IMG/VR virus record: IMGVR_UViG_3300031454_000255
Coordinates: 1,779-65,778 of that record
DNA from: a virus
Reading direction: 5' to 3' (one strand)
DNA length: 64,000 bases
Both the position numbers and the translations under genes were made by a program. Positions 36,240 to 45,804 of the stretch are shown here, in pieces (positions within the stretch are counted from its first letter, which is position 1; each line of letters begins with the position of its first letter). The notes beneath the pieces were generated by a model, which saw only the letters and a list, made by a program, of their open reading frames with translations, made no database searches and was not told the DNA's origin.

Positions 36240-36584
36240 TTAGAACCATCTCACAGTCGTTGTAACCACGCCCGTCCCCCAAGTGACCGTAAAATCAACA
36301 GCCTCACCCGCTGCCGTTAAAACGCCCGAATAACCGAATCTTTTCAAAGAACGAATACGAATGCGTGCCAGTAATGAACTTGGGTCTATCGAAACCTTGC
36401 CGTTAATAATCGTCACGTCGTCGCGGTTTGCTTCCCACAAGTCATTATCGTCGGTTTGCGCTATCCACTTTTCCGAGGATAAAACCGCAACCATCGCTTT
36501 AAGGCGGGAGTTCTCCGCATCGTCAACAAACCCGAGAACGTCGCGCGTTAATTCGATTTGACTTAAATCCGTGACGACTGCCAT
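36240..36584 (-). CDS. Head-tail adaptor (putative)
   Basis: Position after the capsid cluster; size. Confidence 0.5.
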   Translation of the reverse strand: MAVVTDLSQIELTRDVLGFVDDAENSRLKAMVAVLSSEKWIAQTDDNDLWEANRDDVTIINGKVSIDPSSLLARIRIRSLKRFGYSGVLTAAGEAVDFTVTWGTGVVTTTVRWF

Positions 36585-36902
36585 TTATTTATAAGCGCGG
36601 ATCGCGTCCAGTGTTTTTTGTCCGATTCCTTTAATCGCCAAAATTTCTTCGTCAGACAACCCGGCGACGCTTTCGGGTGTCATCCCTTCGACCTGCCCTA
36701 AAACATCAAAGCCCGGATAATTTTCGGGAAATGAATTTACCGGGTGGTTTTTCGATGTGCCGAAATCGCCCGAAATCGCGCCTTGTTCGGTTAAATATTT
36801 CACTTGTCCGGCGGTCAAAACTTCGCTTAGTTCGTTTTCCATTCCCGCTTTATAAAGCGTGCCGCCAACGGGAACGGCTGATAAAATCTTTTTCTCTGTC
36901 AT
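36585..36902 (-). CDS. Head-cluster protein with C-terminal helix-hairpin-helix motif
   Basis: LSDEEILAIKGIGQKTLDAIRAY. Confidence 0.65.
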   Translation of the reverse strand: MTEKKILSAVPVGGTLYKAGMENELSEVLTAGQVKYLTEQGAISGDFGTSKNHPVNSFPENYPGFDVLGQVEGMTPESVAGLSDEEILAIKGIGQKTLDAIRAYK

Positions 36903-36958
36903 TGGTTTTCCTTTTAGTAAAAAGTGAGAGGTGAAATCAATCGCCTCTCACGGTTTCG

Positions 36959-38014
36959 TTAAACGCCGGAGTTTATTACGTATACTTTCGCCTCTGACGG
37001 AATCGGAAGCGCATTCACCTGAACTTCAAGCTCAAGCGATCTGCCCATCAATCCGCCTTCGTAGAAAGCCGTCTGCCCGCGAACGTCAATGCCCGAATTC
37101 GGAAGCGACGCCGACAAATCCATTGCGCGAACCACAGGCGCGAACGCCGTTCTGCCGACTCTGCCGCCCGCCGGAATCGCCGCCACTCGCTGCGCCGGAA
37201 ACACTTTAGCTGATGTGGTTGTCGTTCCGCCGTCAACAAACGGTTCTAACGTCTGTTCGTTGATAATGAAAGTGAAATCCGTTCCGATTGTGTCCTGAAC
37301 CATCGTTTCGATTTGCCGACGATTCGCGGTGATCGCGGGAAGCTCGCGCGGCGCGTCCGCCGCAATCGCGTTATAAGTCGCCTGCCGCATCATTGCGCCG
37401 CCGACCGCGCCGATTGCTTCGCCCGCGCTTGTCAAAAACGAAACGAACAGATCGTAGGCATTAACACCTGCGTCATTCCACGCCGTCGGCGCGGTTAGAT
37501 AGCGACTCGAATCGTAATTCAGAGACGCGGCGTAAGTTTCGCCCGTTTGCGGATTCTTCTGCGTAATCACGCCCAAAATCCACGCATTAAAAGCGTCAAT
37601 TTCAATTCGGCGATAATTCGACTCGACAATCTGCGTTAGTTTGCCGGGAATCGAAGTTTCCATAATCTGCTGCAAAAGCGCGGCGTTACCCAAAGTGCGT
37701 TCCGCCATTCGCTGCATTTCGTATTCGCCCCATTTGAAATTTCCTTCAACCGGCACGATGGAAACCTTTTTCGTGTCCGGCGTTTTGTTCGGGATTAAGC
37801 GCCCGCGCTGATTCCATTCGCGCCGATCTGACACCGGGCGATAATCAAGCGTCGTGATTTCATCGAGGTCAACCGAATCCACGTTTTCGCGCGGGAAAAA
37901 CCGCTCATAAAGCAGATTGTCGGGAACGTCCGATGCGTTAATAGTTTGAGCCAGAACCGTCAAGGCTGGCTCGGAAAGTGAATCTATTGCTGATACCCAC
38001 GCAAAACTGCTCAT
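36959..38014 (-). CDS. Major capsid protein (lambda gpE-like)
   Basis: 351 aa after the scaffold and decoration genes; LYERFFPRENVDSV...LELEVQVNALPIP. Confidence 0.8.
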   Translation of the reverse strand: MSSFAWVSAIDSLSEPALTVLAQTINASDVPDNLLYERFFPRENVDSVDLDEITTLDYRPVSDRREWNQRGRLIPNKTPDTKKVSIVPVEGNFKWGEYEMQRMAERTLGNAALLQQIMETSIPGKLTQIVESNYRRIEIDAFNAWILGVITQKNPQTGETYAASLNYDSSRYLTAPTAWNDAGVNAYDLFVSFLTSAGEAIGAVGGAMMRQATYNAIAADAPRELPAITANRRQIETMVQDTIGTDFTFIINEQTLEPFVDGGTTTTSAKVFPAQRVAAIPAGGRVGRTAFAPVVRAMDLSASLPNSGIDVRGQTAFYEGGLMGRSLELEVQVNALPIPSEAKVYVINSGV

Positions 38015-38036
38015 TTCTCAAGTTCTCCTTTTATAT

Positions 38037-38441
38037 TTATGTTCTGGTTAAATGCAGTTTCGAGCCTGCAAGGTCAAAGCCTGCGATTTCGGCAGCCGTG
38101 TAAGCGCGACCTAAGTTGTCTTCGGCAATGTCTCTATTGACCGTACCGATTGTGCCGACACCGACCGGCTGCGCGACCGTTGCGGCGGCGATGTCTGCCG
38201 ACGAATTGGACTCGGCGACCTTGATCGGCTCAATCGTCACGCCGTAAGCGGGGACGCCTGTTCCGAGTAACGCGCCGACTTTTGAAAACGGAACGCCCGG
38301 TTTCAAATAACCTTTCGAGTCAACTTCGGCGGTCGTTAAAGCCGTGACAATGACATTAACCACGTCAGAGGCTAAGATTTTGCCGACGAATACGGGCGCG
38401 TGCGTAAAACCGCCGACTGTTTTCGTAAATGAAAGTGGCAT
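38037..38441 (-). CDS. Head decoration protein
   Basis: About 130 aa immediately upstream of the capsid gene; GYLKPGVPFSK motif. Confidence 0.65.
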   Translation of the reverse strand: MPLSFTKTVGGFTHAPVFVGKILASDVVNVIVTALTTAEVDSKGYLKPGVPFSKVGALLGTGVPAYGVTIEPIKVAESNSSADIAAATVAQPVGVGTIGTVNRDIAEDNLGRAYTAAEIAGFDLAGSKLHLTRT

Positions 38442-38456
38442 ATTATTCTCCTAAAA

Positions 38457-39158
38457 TTAGTAAACCCGAGCCGCGATTTCCTTTAAGCTCACCGTTTGCG
38501 GCGAATTCTTTTTCTTTTCTTCGGCATTTTTGCGAATGCGGTCAAAAAGTGAATCGCCTCCGCCATAAACAGCCGGCGGCGGCGGATTGCCCGGTTTTTG
38601 GATTTGCTGCTGCGCTTCGCCTTGCTTTAACGCGGTTAAATATTTCGGAAATTTTTCCTGTCCGAAGTCATCGAGTGACGACTCTTTGCCGTCGAGCGAA
38701 ACGAAAGGAACCTCGCGCTCTTTGCTCGCGTCCTTTTCGTCTTTAATTTTTTTTGTCGTGAGCGTCGCTTCGGGAAACTTCGCAAGCTGTTCTTCGAGAA
38801 CGTCCAAATCATAGCCGAGCTTTTCAACATTTCGGTATGAATCACGCTTAACGAGTTTCTGGTTTTCGGTTTCGAGTTCCGACACTTTGCCGAGTCGCTC
38901 TTTGGTTTGATTGAAGTCTAGTTTCACTTCAGCTAAAAACGCATCAGCTTCGTCAAGGCGGTTCTTTTCTTCGGGTGATAAAATAATCGCGCCGTCTTTC
39001 GGCTGCGTGTTTTTCAATTCGCGCTTATCACGGCGCAGTTGAAAATTCTCGTCAAATAGCTGCGAAGCTAATTTGAGAGCGTCGTTGTTATTTTTCGTTA
39101 AAAGATTCTGAAATGCTTCCGCCGGATTCGGCTTATTATCTTGATTTTCGTCTGGCAT
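38457..39158 (-). CDS. Scaffolding protein
   Basis: Charged coiled coil with a Pro-rich C-terminus; AAGGAG RBS before MPDENQ. Confidence 0.7.
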   Translation of the reverse strand: MPDENQDNKPNPAEAFQNLLTKNNNDALKLASQLFDENFQLRRDKRELKNTQPKDGAIILSPEEKNRLDEADAFLAEVKLDFNQTKERLGKVSELETENQKLVKRDSYRNVEKLGYDLDVLEEQLAKFPEATLTTKKIKDEKDASKEREVPFVSLDGKESSLDDFGQEKFPKYLTALKQGEAQQQIQKPGNPPPPAVYGGGDSLFDRIRKNAEEKKKNSPQTVSLKEIAARVY

Positions 39159-39189
39159 AAACTCCTTGAGTTTGTTTGAATTTAAAAAC

Positions 39190-39336
39190 AAAAAAAACGC
39201 CCGAAAAACGTGAACATTAAGTTCAAATCTTTCGAGCGTTCTACCTTTTCAGGCGTTCTACTCTAAACTGATTAAATTGTCTACGCACGGATGCGCTTAA
39301 CTAGAAATCTACATTATCTTTTCCGTAAAAGCAAGA
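39190..39336 (-). promoter_or_regulatory. Leader E: promoter plus terminator-like hairpin before the scaffold gene
   Basis: TTGCTT-17-TAGATT; AACGCTCGAAAAG...TTTTTCGGGCGTT-TTTTTTG; an upstream AACGCCTGA could pair with the 3' arm. Confidence 0.65.
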
Positions 39337-39345
39337 TAAATTTAT

Positions 39346-39510
39346 TCAAACTTTGCGTCCGCATTTACTACAAGTTTTAATCCCTAAGACGCGCGCCAAC
39401 TCCAGCATCACCGACACGGCGTTGCAGTAAGCGGCATAAAGACGCGAGCAGTTATCTTCTTTTTTCGGCACGTCTTTAGCTTTCGTTATTTTTATCGGTC
39501 TTTCAATCAT
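39346..39510 (-). CDS. Small protein, 54 aa (peptide family copy 4; not in ORF track)
   Basis: MIERPIKITKAKDVPKKEDNCSRLYAAYCNAVSVMLELARVLGIKTCSKCGRKV; ATGA-coupled to the MuF-like gene stop. Confidence 0.65.
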   Translation of the reverse strand: MIERPIKITKAKDVPKKEDNCSRLYAAYCNAVSVMLELARVLGIKTCSKCGRKV

Positions 39511-40188
39511 TTGAATTCCACTTCACACAAACACCATACTCCGCAAACTAAGCTGCCGATTTCCGGCATCTCTTCAATCGGTATAAACTCATACGAAGCA
39601 ACCTCAGAGCATTCGACACAGCCTTCTTTCGAGTTAATCACGCGCCTGCAAAGTGTCGCGTCCCCAGCCATTTCAGCAACCGTCGCCAGTCCGTAATAAG
39701 CGGGGCGAACGCCTAAAGCATAAGCCGCCGTGCGCTGTTCAATCTGCAATCCTCCGGCGCGTCCCGTTTCGATGTCGCGGCGCAGTTTGTCCAAATATCC
39801 GAATTGTTTGTCGATTCCCTTTTGCGCTGTTGCCCCAATCCGCATTCGTCATTTGTCTGCGCCCGCCGCGCCCGATTGCCGCCGCTAACTTTTGGGCTGT
39901 TGTAATCCTTTCTTTGACAAGCGATTGCCAGGCGGCTAAGGTTATCGCGCCCGTCGCCAAACTCTTTCCGATTACCCGCAAATCTTCGCGGACAATCTCC
40001 ACGATTGAGTCAATCGAGGCGCGAACCTGTTTCGATGAAACGCCTTTGTAACGATTGGTTTTTTTGTCGTGTTTAATCGTCATCGCTTCGAGCAAGGCTA
40101 ATGCCAGCAATCCTGCGCGGCGGGCAAGTTCGCGCGTTCGTTTTATTTCCTCGCGTGTCGGCTCGCTCGCGTCTCTACGGTCGCTCAT
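39507..40188 (-). pseudogene. MuF/SPP1 gp7-like minor head protein split by a frameshift near 39835
   Basis: Frame 1 ...GGRRQMTNADWG; frame 2 continues GATAQKGIDKQFGYLDK...CVEC...CGVWCLCEVEF. Confidence 0.6.
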
Positions 40189-41714
40189 TTAGTTGTCACT
40201 GCCACGTTTGCCGCCGCGTCCGTCATTCCGTAAGCCTGCGCCGTTATCGGGTCTTCTTTTGCAAGCTGACTGATGATTTCCTTTATTTTCTTTTCGTCGT
40301 AACCTAAAAACGCGATACGCTCCCGAAGCGGCAAAAGTCCGGTGGCTTTATTGGCGTTGTCGAGTTTTGCACCGTCAATCGCCACTCGTTCATCTTCGGA
40401 TTGTTCGATTAAAAGAGAGCGTTTCAAATTGAAATCTAAATCGCCGCCTTCGTAGGAATCGAGATTGAATGGCGCGAACACCTTTTGCTGGTTCGTTTTC
40501 CCCGCCCATCCGTTTGATAGTCGCCAGCCACCAATTGCCGTCTGCATCTGCCGTAGTTTGATTAATTGCCCGTCGTAATTCGGCGCGGCGCGATCAAGAC
40601 GATTCTGTGCCGGAGTCAATAGCCGTTCGAGCGCGATACCTGAAAGCGTGGCGTTTTCTTTGATAATTTGCCGGTATTCGAGTTCGGGGTAATCCGCGCC
40701 GAAGGAGACGAGCAATTCTTTCAAATACGGCTGCGCTTCAGCAAGTTTGAGTTTGCCCGATAAATCATTGACCGATACCACACCTTTAGAAGCAATTAAA
40801 ACTCTTTCAAGTCGAGTGTCCGCTTCTCTGATTGTGCCGTCGGCGTTCTTTGTCGCGCCTGAAATCGTCATGATTGACGCCGGGTCTTCGAGTCCGAGCC
40901 ATTTGCCGGATTCGATTTCTTTGTGGATATTGTCGTGCAGGTGCGAAGCTAAAGAATTCGCGTGATTCACTTTCGCGTAATCATTAAACGCCGCGTCGCC
41001 GAACGCGCCCGCGCCCGTATGACGAAACTGAACAGCGGGACAAAAGCCGTAGGGATTCGTCACAACCGAGGGTTTGCCGAGATAATCAAAAGGTTTGTCG
41101 TTATAGAAAAAACGAAAATCGTCTTTGGTGATTTCCTTTCGGAATCTGAATGTTTCTTTAAGAACGGGGTCATACACGGGAATCTCAACCGTATAGGCTT
41201 CGACATCTCCGGCGCGATTCATTTCGATATGCTTGATAAATCCCGCCCAAACCGTATTCTGTTCGATTTTCTGCCGATCTTCGTTGTCGATGATTTCAAC
41301 CAGACACGACCCGGCAACGGCGGTGTAGGCTTTGATTTCGGCTTGCGCCCGCCAGAAGTTTGTCCATTGGTCAATCTGAGCAATCGTATCAATTATCTTT
41401 GGGTTCGCGGCGTAAGCGACCGGCGTCACCAAAGACGGATGGTCGGCGTCAGACGGCGCCGACCAGATGTTATCAACGTAGAAATCAATAATATTCGGCA
41501 CGACGTTAAAGACGAGCTTCGTATGCTGATACAGATCTTCCTTAGTGCGGAGCCACGACCAGTCATTCTCGACGGCGAACGCTTTCCGAGAGTAATATGC
41601 CCACGCGAGACGGTAACCGTCCAAATGTTCGTCCGCCGATGGTTTATCGAATAATCCCGCCGGATCGGTTAGTGTTTTATATGCCATTTTTACCCTCTCA
41701 AAAAAGTTAAACAT
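40185..41714 (-). CDS. Portal protein
   Basis: 509 aa after the terminase; NVVPNIIDFYVDNIW, ENATLSGIALERLL. Confidence 0.8.
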   Translation of the reverse strand: MFNFFERVKMAYKTLTDPAGLFDKPSADEHLDGYRLAWAYYSRKAFAVENDWSWLRTKEDLYQHTKLVFNVVPNIIDFYVDNIWSAPSDADHPSLVTPVAYAANPKIIDTIAQIDQWTNFWRAQAEIKAYTAVAGSCLVEIIDNEDRQKIEQNTVWAGFIKHIEMNRAGDVEAYTVEIPVYDPVLKETFRFRKEITKDDFRFFYNDKPFDYLGKPSVVTNPYGFCPAVQFRHTGAGAFGDAAFNDYAKVNHANSLASHLHDNIHKEIESGKWLGLEDPASIMTISGATKNADGTIREADTRLERVLIASKGVVSVNDLSGKLKLAEAQPYLKELLVSFGADYPELEYRQIIKENATLSGIALERLLTPAQNRLDRAAPNYDGQLIKLRQMQTAIGGWRLSNGWAGKTNQQKVFAPFNLDSYEGGDLDFNLKRSLLIEQSEDERVAIDGAKLDNANKATGLLPLRERIAFLGYDEKKIKEIISQLAKEDPITAQAYGMTDAAANVAVTTK

Positions 41715-41718
41715 TTGT

Positions 41719-42885
41719 TTATTTTAGAAGTCTGACGATTGATTTTTGTTCATCGGTCATTGCAAAGACGGGCTGATTAAAATAAAACGAAGCGTATCTG
41801 CCGGCGTCGAGTAAATGGTCGTCAAACTTGACGACTTCATCGGTTAAAGTGCCGCTTTTGTCGGTTTTCCACGAATAGCGTTTGATTTCCCGAAGTAGAT
41901 TGCCGCTAGTCTCTAAGATTCGCAAAGGTTTTGATTTAACAAAATCAACGGTGTCTTTGACTAATTTGAAAGCGGGTTGAATACGAAAACCAGCGCGTGA
42001 TATTTCTTCGATTCTCTGAGGTTCGGCAGCGTCGGCAATAATCAGCCTGCCTTTGAGTTCGGGGAAAGTTTTCAGTCTTTCGATTAAGTCGGCGTTTGTT
42101 AATTTCGATTCATACAGCATTTCGCGCCAGTAAAGCGTGTTGTCGAGCATCGTAACTTTGCACAAAGCCGTCGGATTGTTGTAACCGAAATCTAAACCGT
42201 AAACCATTTCGCCTTCGGGAATTAATGAAACTTCGCGCCAATGTGTGTAAATGCGCGAACCGCCCGCACCGATTTGACCAAGCCCGTAAATGTTCCAATA
42301 ATCGGCGTCGGCATCTTTTAATCTTTCAATTTCATCGATAATGGATTGGTCGAGAAACTTGTTATCAGTGTAATTTGTAACGAGCAAGTCACAGTCATTT
42401 CGGGTTTCGACGTCATCATAAATCCACGAAAAAGCCTCTGACGGATTATAATCAATAACAATTTTTTCCGTTGTTCTGAAAGCAAGCTGCCGAAACGCTT
42501 CAAGAGCGCATTCGTTCGCTTCATTGAGAAACAAATAATCGCGTTTTCGTCCGCGAACGCGCATTGATTCGTTCAAGCCGATAAACTCGACCAGATTACC
42601 GTGCAGAGTGTATTCGTTTGATGTTTTATTGTGAAAACTTTCATCATACAAGCCTAGATTTTCAAGCAATCCGAAAAAATCGCGCATCGCCGACGCTCTT
42701 AAAGCGGGCATCGTCTGGCGAGCAATCGTCAAGGTTTTTCCCGTTTCCTGTAATAGCCGCACAATCCAGTAAATCAGCGTATTTGTGGTTTTGCCCGAAC
42801 GAGTCCCACCCCGCAAAGACGTTATCCGCACAGCCGATTCGCTAAGGAATTCAAAGACGACGTTTGTTTTGATAACAGCTTCCAT
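41719..42885 (-). CDS. terL: Terminase large subunit (PBSX-like)
   Basis: Walker A RGGTRSGKT, Walker B YLFLNEANE, DYNP, GLDFGYNNPTA, DDHLLDAGRY. Confidence 0.92.
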   Translation of the reverse strand: MEAVIKTNVVFEFLSESAVRITSLRGGTRSGKTTNTLIYWIVRLLQETGKTLTIARQTMPALRASAMRDFFGLLENLGLYDESFHNKTSNEYTLHGNLVEFIGLNESMRVRGRKRDYLFLNEANECALEAFRQLAFRTTEKIVIDYNPSEAFSWIYDDVETRNDCDLLVTNYTDNKFLDQSIIDEIERLKDADADYWNIYGLGQIGAGGSRIYTHWREVSLIPEGEMVYGLDFGYNNPTALCKVTMLDNTLYWREMLYESKLTNADLIERLKTFPELKGRLIIADAAEPQRIEEISRAGFRIQPAFKLVKDTVDFVKSKPLRILETSGNLLREIKRYSWKTDKSGTLTDEVVKFDDHLLDAGRYASFYFNQPVFAMTDEQKSIVRLLK

Positions 42886-43260
42886 TTATTTGACAATTTC
42901 AACTCTAACGCTCGTTAAGATTTCTTTTTCGTTGCTGGTCAAATCGTTTTTGTCGCGTTGATTAAGTCTCTGTTTTCCGAGCCATATTTGCATCGATACA
43001 TTGCCTTCCATCGCCGTTGAAAACTGTTTCATTCTCAAAAGGTCATCACCTTTTGATTTCTTTTGCTGAGAAAATGTAGAAAAATCGATTTTATTGTCTG
43101 TCTGGCAGCGTTTATAAAGAATGTCGCGCGAAACGCCGATGGTATCGGCTATTCCGACGGCAGAGCAGTCAGCTTCAAGCATTTGACCGACTTCCTGCCA
43201 ATCAATATGCACTTTTGGTCTGCCCGCTTTTTTCGTTTTTCGTTTAACCATATTCAGCAA
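42886..43260 (-). CDS. terS: Terminase small subunit
   Basis: AGRPKVHIDW...GNVSMQIWLGKQRLNQRDK, directly upstream of terL. Confidence 0.8.
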   Translation of the reverse strand: MLNMVKRKTKKAGRPKVHIDWQEVGQMLEADCSAVGIADTIGVSRDILYKRCQTDNKIDFSTFSQQKKSKGDDLLRMKQFSTAMEGNVSMQIWLGKQRLNQRDKNDLTSNEKEILTSVRVEIVK

Positions 43261-43398
43261 TCAAATCGCTGCGGCATCGGCAAGCAATTTAATCGCGCAC
43301 TCCGCGCAAACAGCCACGTTCTTCGTGAATATCCGCCGTCCGCGTTCTTCACAGACGCGCGTTTTAATCTTTTTGATTCTCTCGATGTCGTTATTCAT
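43261..43398 (-). CDS. Small hypothetical protein, 45 aa (not in ORF track)
   Basis: MNNDIERIKKIKTRVCEERGRRIFTKNVAVCAECAIKLLADAAAI; fills the gap between neighbouring genes. Confidence 0.4.
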   Translation of the reverse strand: MNNDIERIKKIKTRVCEERGRRIFTKNVAVCAECAIKLLADAAAI

Positions 43399-43403
43399 TA
43401 CGT

Positions 43404-44405
43404 CTACCTACCCAAATTCTTCATAAAAGTTTGCATAATCGCGTTGTAATTGAATGCGTCGTTTGCGCTCAAACCCGCGCCGATGCTGATTGAAGCTGTT
43501 TGCTGAAGCGCGGCGAAATTGCTGCCCGCCGGAACAGGATTCATCGAACCGAGTGTAATCACTCCATTCGAGGCTGCCGCCGTGTCCGATGTGGTCGTGT
43601 TTGAGGCAATGACCGCCGCATTTTTGTATAACGTCCGGTTTGCCGCTCCGGTGCAGCTGCCGAGAAAAAAGCCGGAGCCGTCCGTTTGCCCCACCGATAC
43701 TCTACCGGTTGCCGCATTGCCCGAATCATAAATTGACGCGCTATCACCGCTGCGGCGGCAAATAAGCCCAAAAATCGGATTTCCCGTCGCCGTATTGCCG
43801 ATGCCGATATTCCAGCCGTCGCCCGCTTGCGACGCTGTGCGAGAGTAGTAGCCAAGATGGTTATTGGTTACCCAATCGGAAACATTTGTTGCCGGGTTGA
43901 ATCCGGTCGCCGGAAAGTTCGCTCCGTCGGGCGTCGCGCCGTCTGCGCCGTGCGTCCAAATCGCATTTGTAAATCCAATCGGATAAAGGTTCGGGTCTTT
44001 TAAGTTTAATGAATGCCGCGCAAAAGTTCCGCCGAGCATTGGGTAGAGCGCGTAAATTTTCGCCCACAGCGAATAGGACTTTAAGTCCGTAACGACTTTA
44101 TTGACGTAATACCAAAGCTGAATTCCTGTGCGCTGAAAGCCGGTTGACAAATAATAAATTGTGGAATCGTTGGCAATTCCGAGCGCCTTCATAAAAACAA
44201 TTGTCGCCGCATCGAAAGGCGCGGCGTTAAACGGCAGCCAGTGTGTTCCGTTATCGCCGTAAAAGGTCGCGTCCGGCGTCGAGAAAACAACGCGGTTCAG
44301 CACACTTCCAACCGGCGGCAATACGGTTACCGTCGATGTTTTAGCGGCTTTTATATCGGCGCCGATAGCCTGTATGACTGCTGTAATTCGTTGTTGAAGC
44401 GTCAT
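43404..44405 (-). CDS. Virion appendage/fibre protein with a putative lectin-like C-domain
   Basis: N-terminus MTLQQRITAVIQAIGADIK shared with 44411..44914; LWAKIYALYPMLGGT motif. Confidence 0.55.
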   Translation of the reverse strand: MTLQQRITAVIQAIGADIKAAKTSTVTVLPPVGSVLNRVVFSTPDATFYGDNGTHWLPFNAAPFDAATIVFMKALGIANDSTIYYLSTGFQRTGIQLWYYVNKVVTDLKSYSLWAKIYALYPMLGGTFARHSLNLKDPNLYPIGFTNAIWTHGADGATPDGANFPATGFNPATNVSDWVTNNHLGYYSRTASQAGDGWNIGIGNTATGNPIFGLICRRSGDSASIYDSGNAATGRVSVGQTDGSGFFLGSCTGAANRTLYKNAAVIASNTTTSDTAAASNGVITLGSMNPVPAGSNFAALQQTASISIGAGLSANDAFNYNAIMQTFMKNLGR

Positions 44406-44410
44406 TGAAT

Positions 44411-44914
44411 CTAGGTTTTTGCGGTCGTATAATCGGTTACGAAATTATGGTCAGTATCGCCGATTTCAACTGCCGACAGCGCGCCGGTATTCGTTCGCGC
44501 TTGAATCTGCTGAGCGGGCGTTAAACTTTGCGCTGCGTCGAATCGAACGCGGTTGCCAACGGCTGTTACCAAACCGGAAATCGCCGTATCGTCTGACTGT
44601 AAGATGTTTTGAATTTCAATCAGCGTATCGTAAGCCGCGCTTGCACCGCCCAAAATGTCGGTTTTCAAAGACGCGAGCAAAGCCGTGATTTTCGTTGCCG
44701 AATAAGTTTTAGTCGTCGAGTTTGAGGCTGCGGCGTCGTCGACTTCCGGCGTTCCGGCGGTAGCCAGCGCCGCTTTGATTTCGTTAATTGCCGCCACGAG
44801 CGAATCTTTTGCAGCCGTTGTCAATGTGGAAAGATTTCCGTCCTGTGCCAGTAATGTTTTAACATCCGCACCGATGGCTTGGACGGCTGCTGTAATTCTT
44901 GCTTCTAAAGTCAT
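44411..44914 (-). CDS. Fibre-like helical protein
   Basis: MTLEARITAAVQAIGADVK...AKDSLVAAINE...GASAAYDTLIEI...QARTNTGA. Confidence 0.6.
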   Translation of the reverse strand: MTLEARITAAVQAIGADVKTLLAQDGNLSTLTTAAKDSLVAAINEIKAALATAGTPEVDDAAASNSTTKTYSATKITALLASLKTDILGGASAAYDTLIEIQNILQSDDTAISGLVTAVGNRVRFDAAQSLTPAQQIQARTNTGALSAVEIGDTDHNFVTDYTTAKT

Positions 44915-44931
44915 AAATTAATCTCCAAAAT

Positions 44932-45186
44932 CTAAAGTTTTGCTATTTGGTAAAGAAGTAGTAAATTGACATCGCTTTGGTTGTCGCGCAGTGAGGGGAG
45001 CCACTCGGCAACCGTTCCCGTAAAACCGCCCTCGACGGCGATTTCATAAGCAGACGCGCCCGGGTCGCCTTGAATCGCCGCCTCGACAACTTCGACAACC
45101 TCATTTCGGATAAGAATGACTTCAGACGAGTCGTCGGTAACAACAACTTCGGCAACTTCGTTTCGGGTGATGATGATTTCACTCAT
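44932..45186 (-). CDS. Short collagen-start adaptor-like protein
   Basis: QGDPGASAYEIAVEGGFTGTVAEWLPSL. Confidence 0.6.
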   Translation of the reverse strand: MSEIIITRNEVAEVVVTDDSSEVILIRNEVVEVVEAAIQGDPGASAYEIAVEGGFTGTVAEWLPSLRDNQSDVNLLLLYQIAKL

Positions 45187-45560
45187 TTTCCGCTTTTAGT
45201 GATAAACAGCACGTCTTCGCGCGCTTTGGTTTTTACGTCGCCGTCCGAGTATGTAAATTGCAAATAACAGGCGCCGGTCGTATCCGGTCCGGTCGTTTCT
45301 TTGAAACCCGACAGACTTGAAGGCGGTATTTCAACTTCGATTTTGCCCGCGAGAGGCGTTATCTGAAGCGTCCCGCCGTCTGCCGGATAAGTTTTACTCG
45401 CCGTTTTGCCCTGTTCAATGACGAAAACGATTGTCACGCCGCTTAAATTTATCGGCGAAGCATAATTCGGCTTTTTATTATCCGGGGAACGCGGGTCTGC
45501 TGAAAGCGGATTATAAAAAGTCCAGGTGCGATTAAATGTGTTGCCGAGTCTTATTTTCAT
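45183..45560 (-). CDS. BppU N-terminal-like adaptor domain protein
   Basis: GNTFNRTWTF...INLSGVTIVF...AGKIEV...YLQFTYSDG. Confidence 0.55.
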   Translation of the reverse strand: MKIRLGNTFNRTWTFYNPLSADPRSPDNKKPNYASPINLSGVTIVFVIEQGKTASKTYPADGGTLQITPLAGKIEVEIPPSSLSGFKETTGPDTTGACYLQFTYSDGDVKTKAREDVLFITKSGK

Positions 45561-45760
45561 TTATTAAAAAAATTCACAGGTTCCGTGTGATAAAAATCAA
45601 CAAGGCTTTTCATACCTTCATTCGTCTCTTTCATCGCTTCGAGCAATTCTTTATTTTCAATCACGAGCATCATTCGCGTGCAGTTGTGAATCATTAAACA
45701 ATCCGCGACGGGTGTAATGACGGTCGCATTACATTTTCGGCATCGGAGTGGCTCATTCAT
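45557..45760 (-). CDS. Small CxxC protein
   Basis: LRCRKCN...NCT; overlaps its neighbour. Confidence 0.45.
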   Translation of the reverse strand: MNEPLRCRKCNATVITPVADCLMIHNCTRMMLVIENKELLEAMKETNEGMKSLVDFYHTEPVNFFNK

Positions 45761-45804
45761 TTGTTTGTAGCGTGGAAACTATCGCGCTTTTAGCCGACAG
45801 TTAT

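Noticed and set aside
40962-41654. 230-aa plus-strand ORF
   Set aside because: Lies wholly antisense to the portal gene with no recognisable motif; a shadow ORF.
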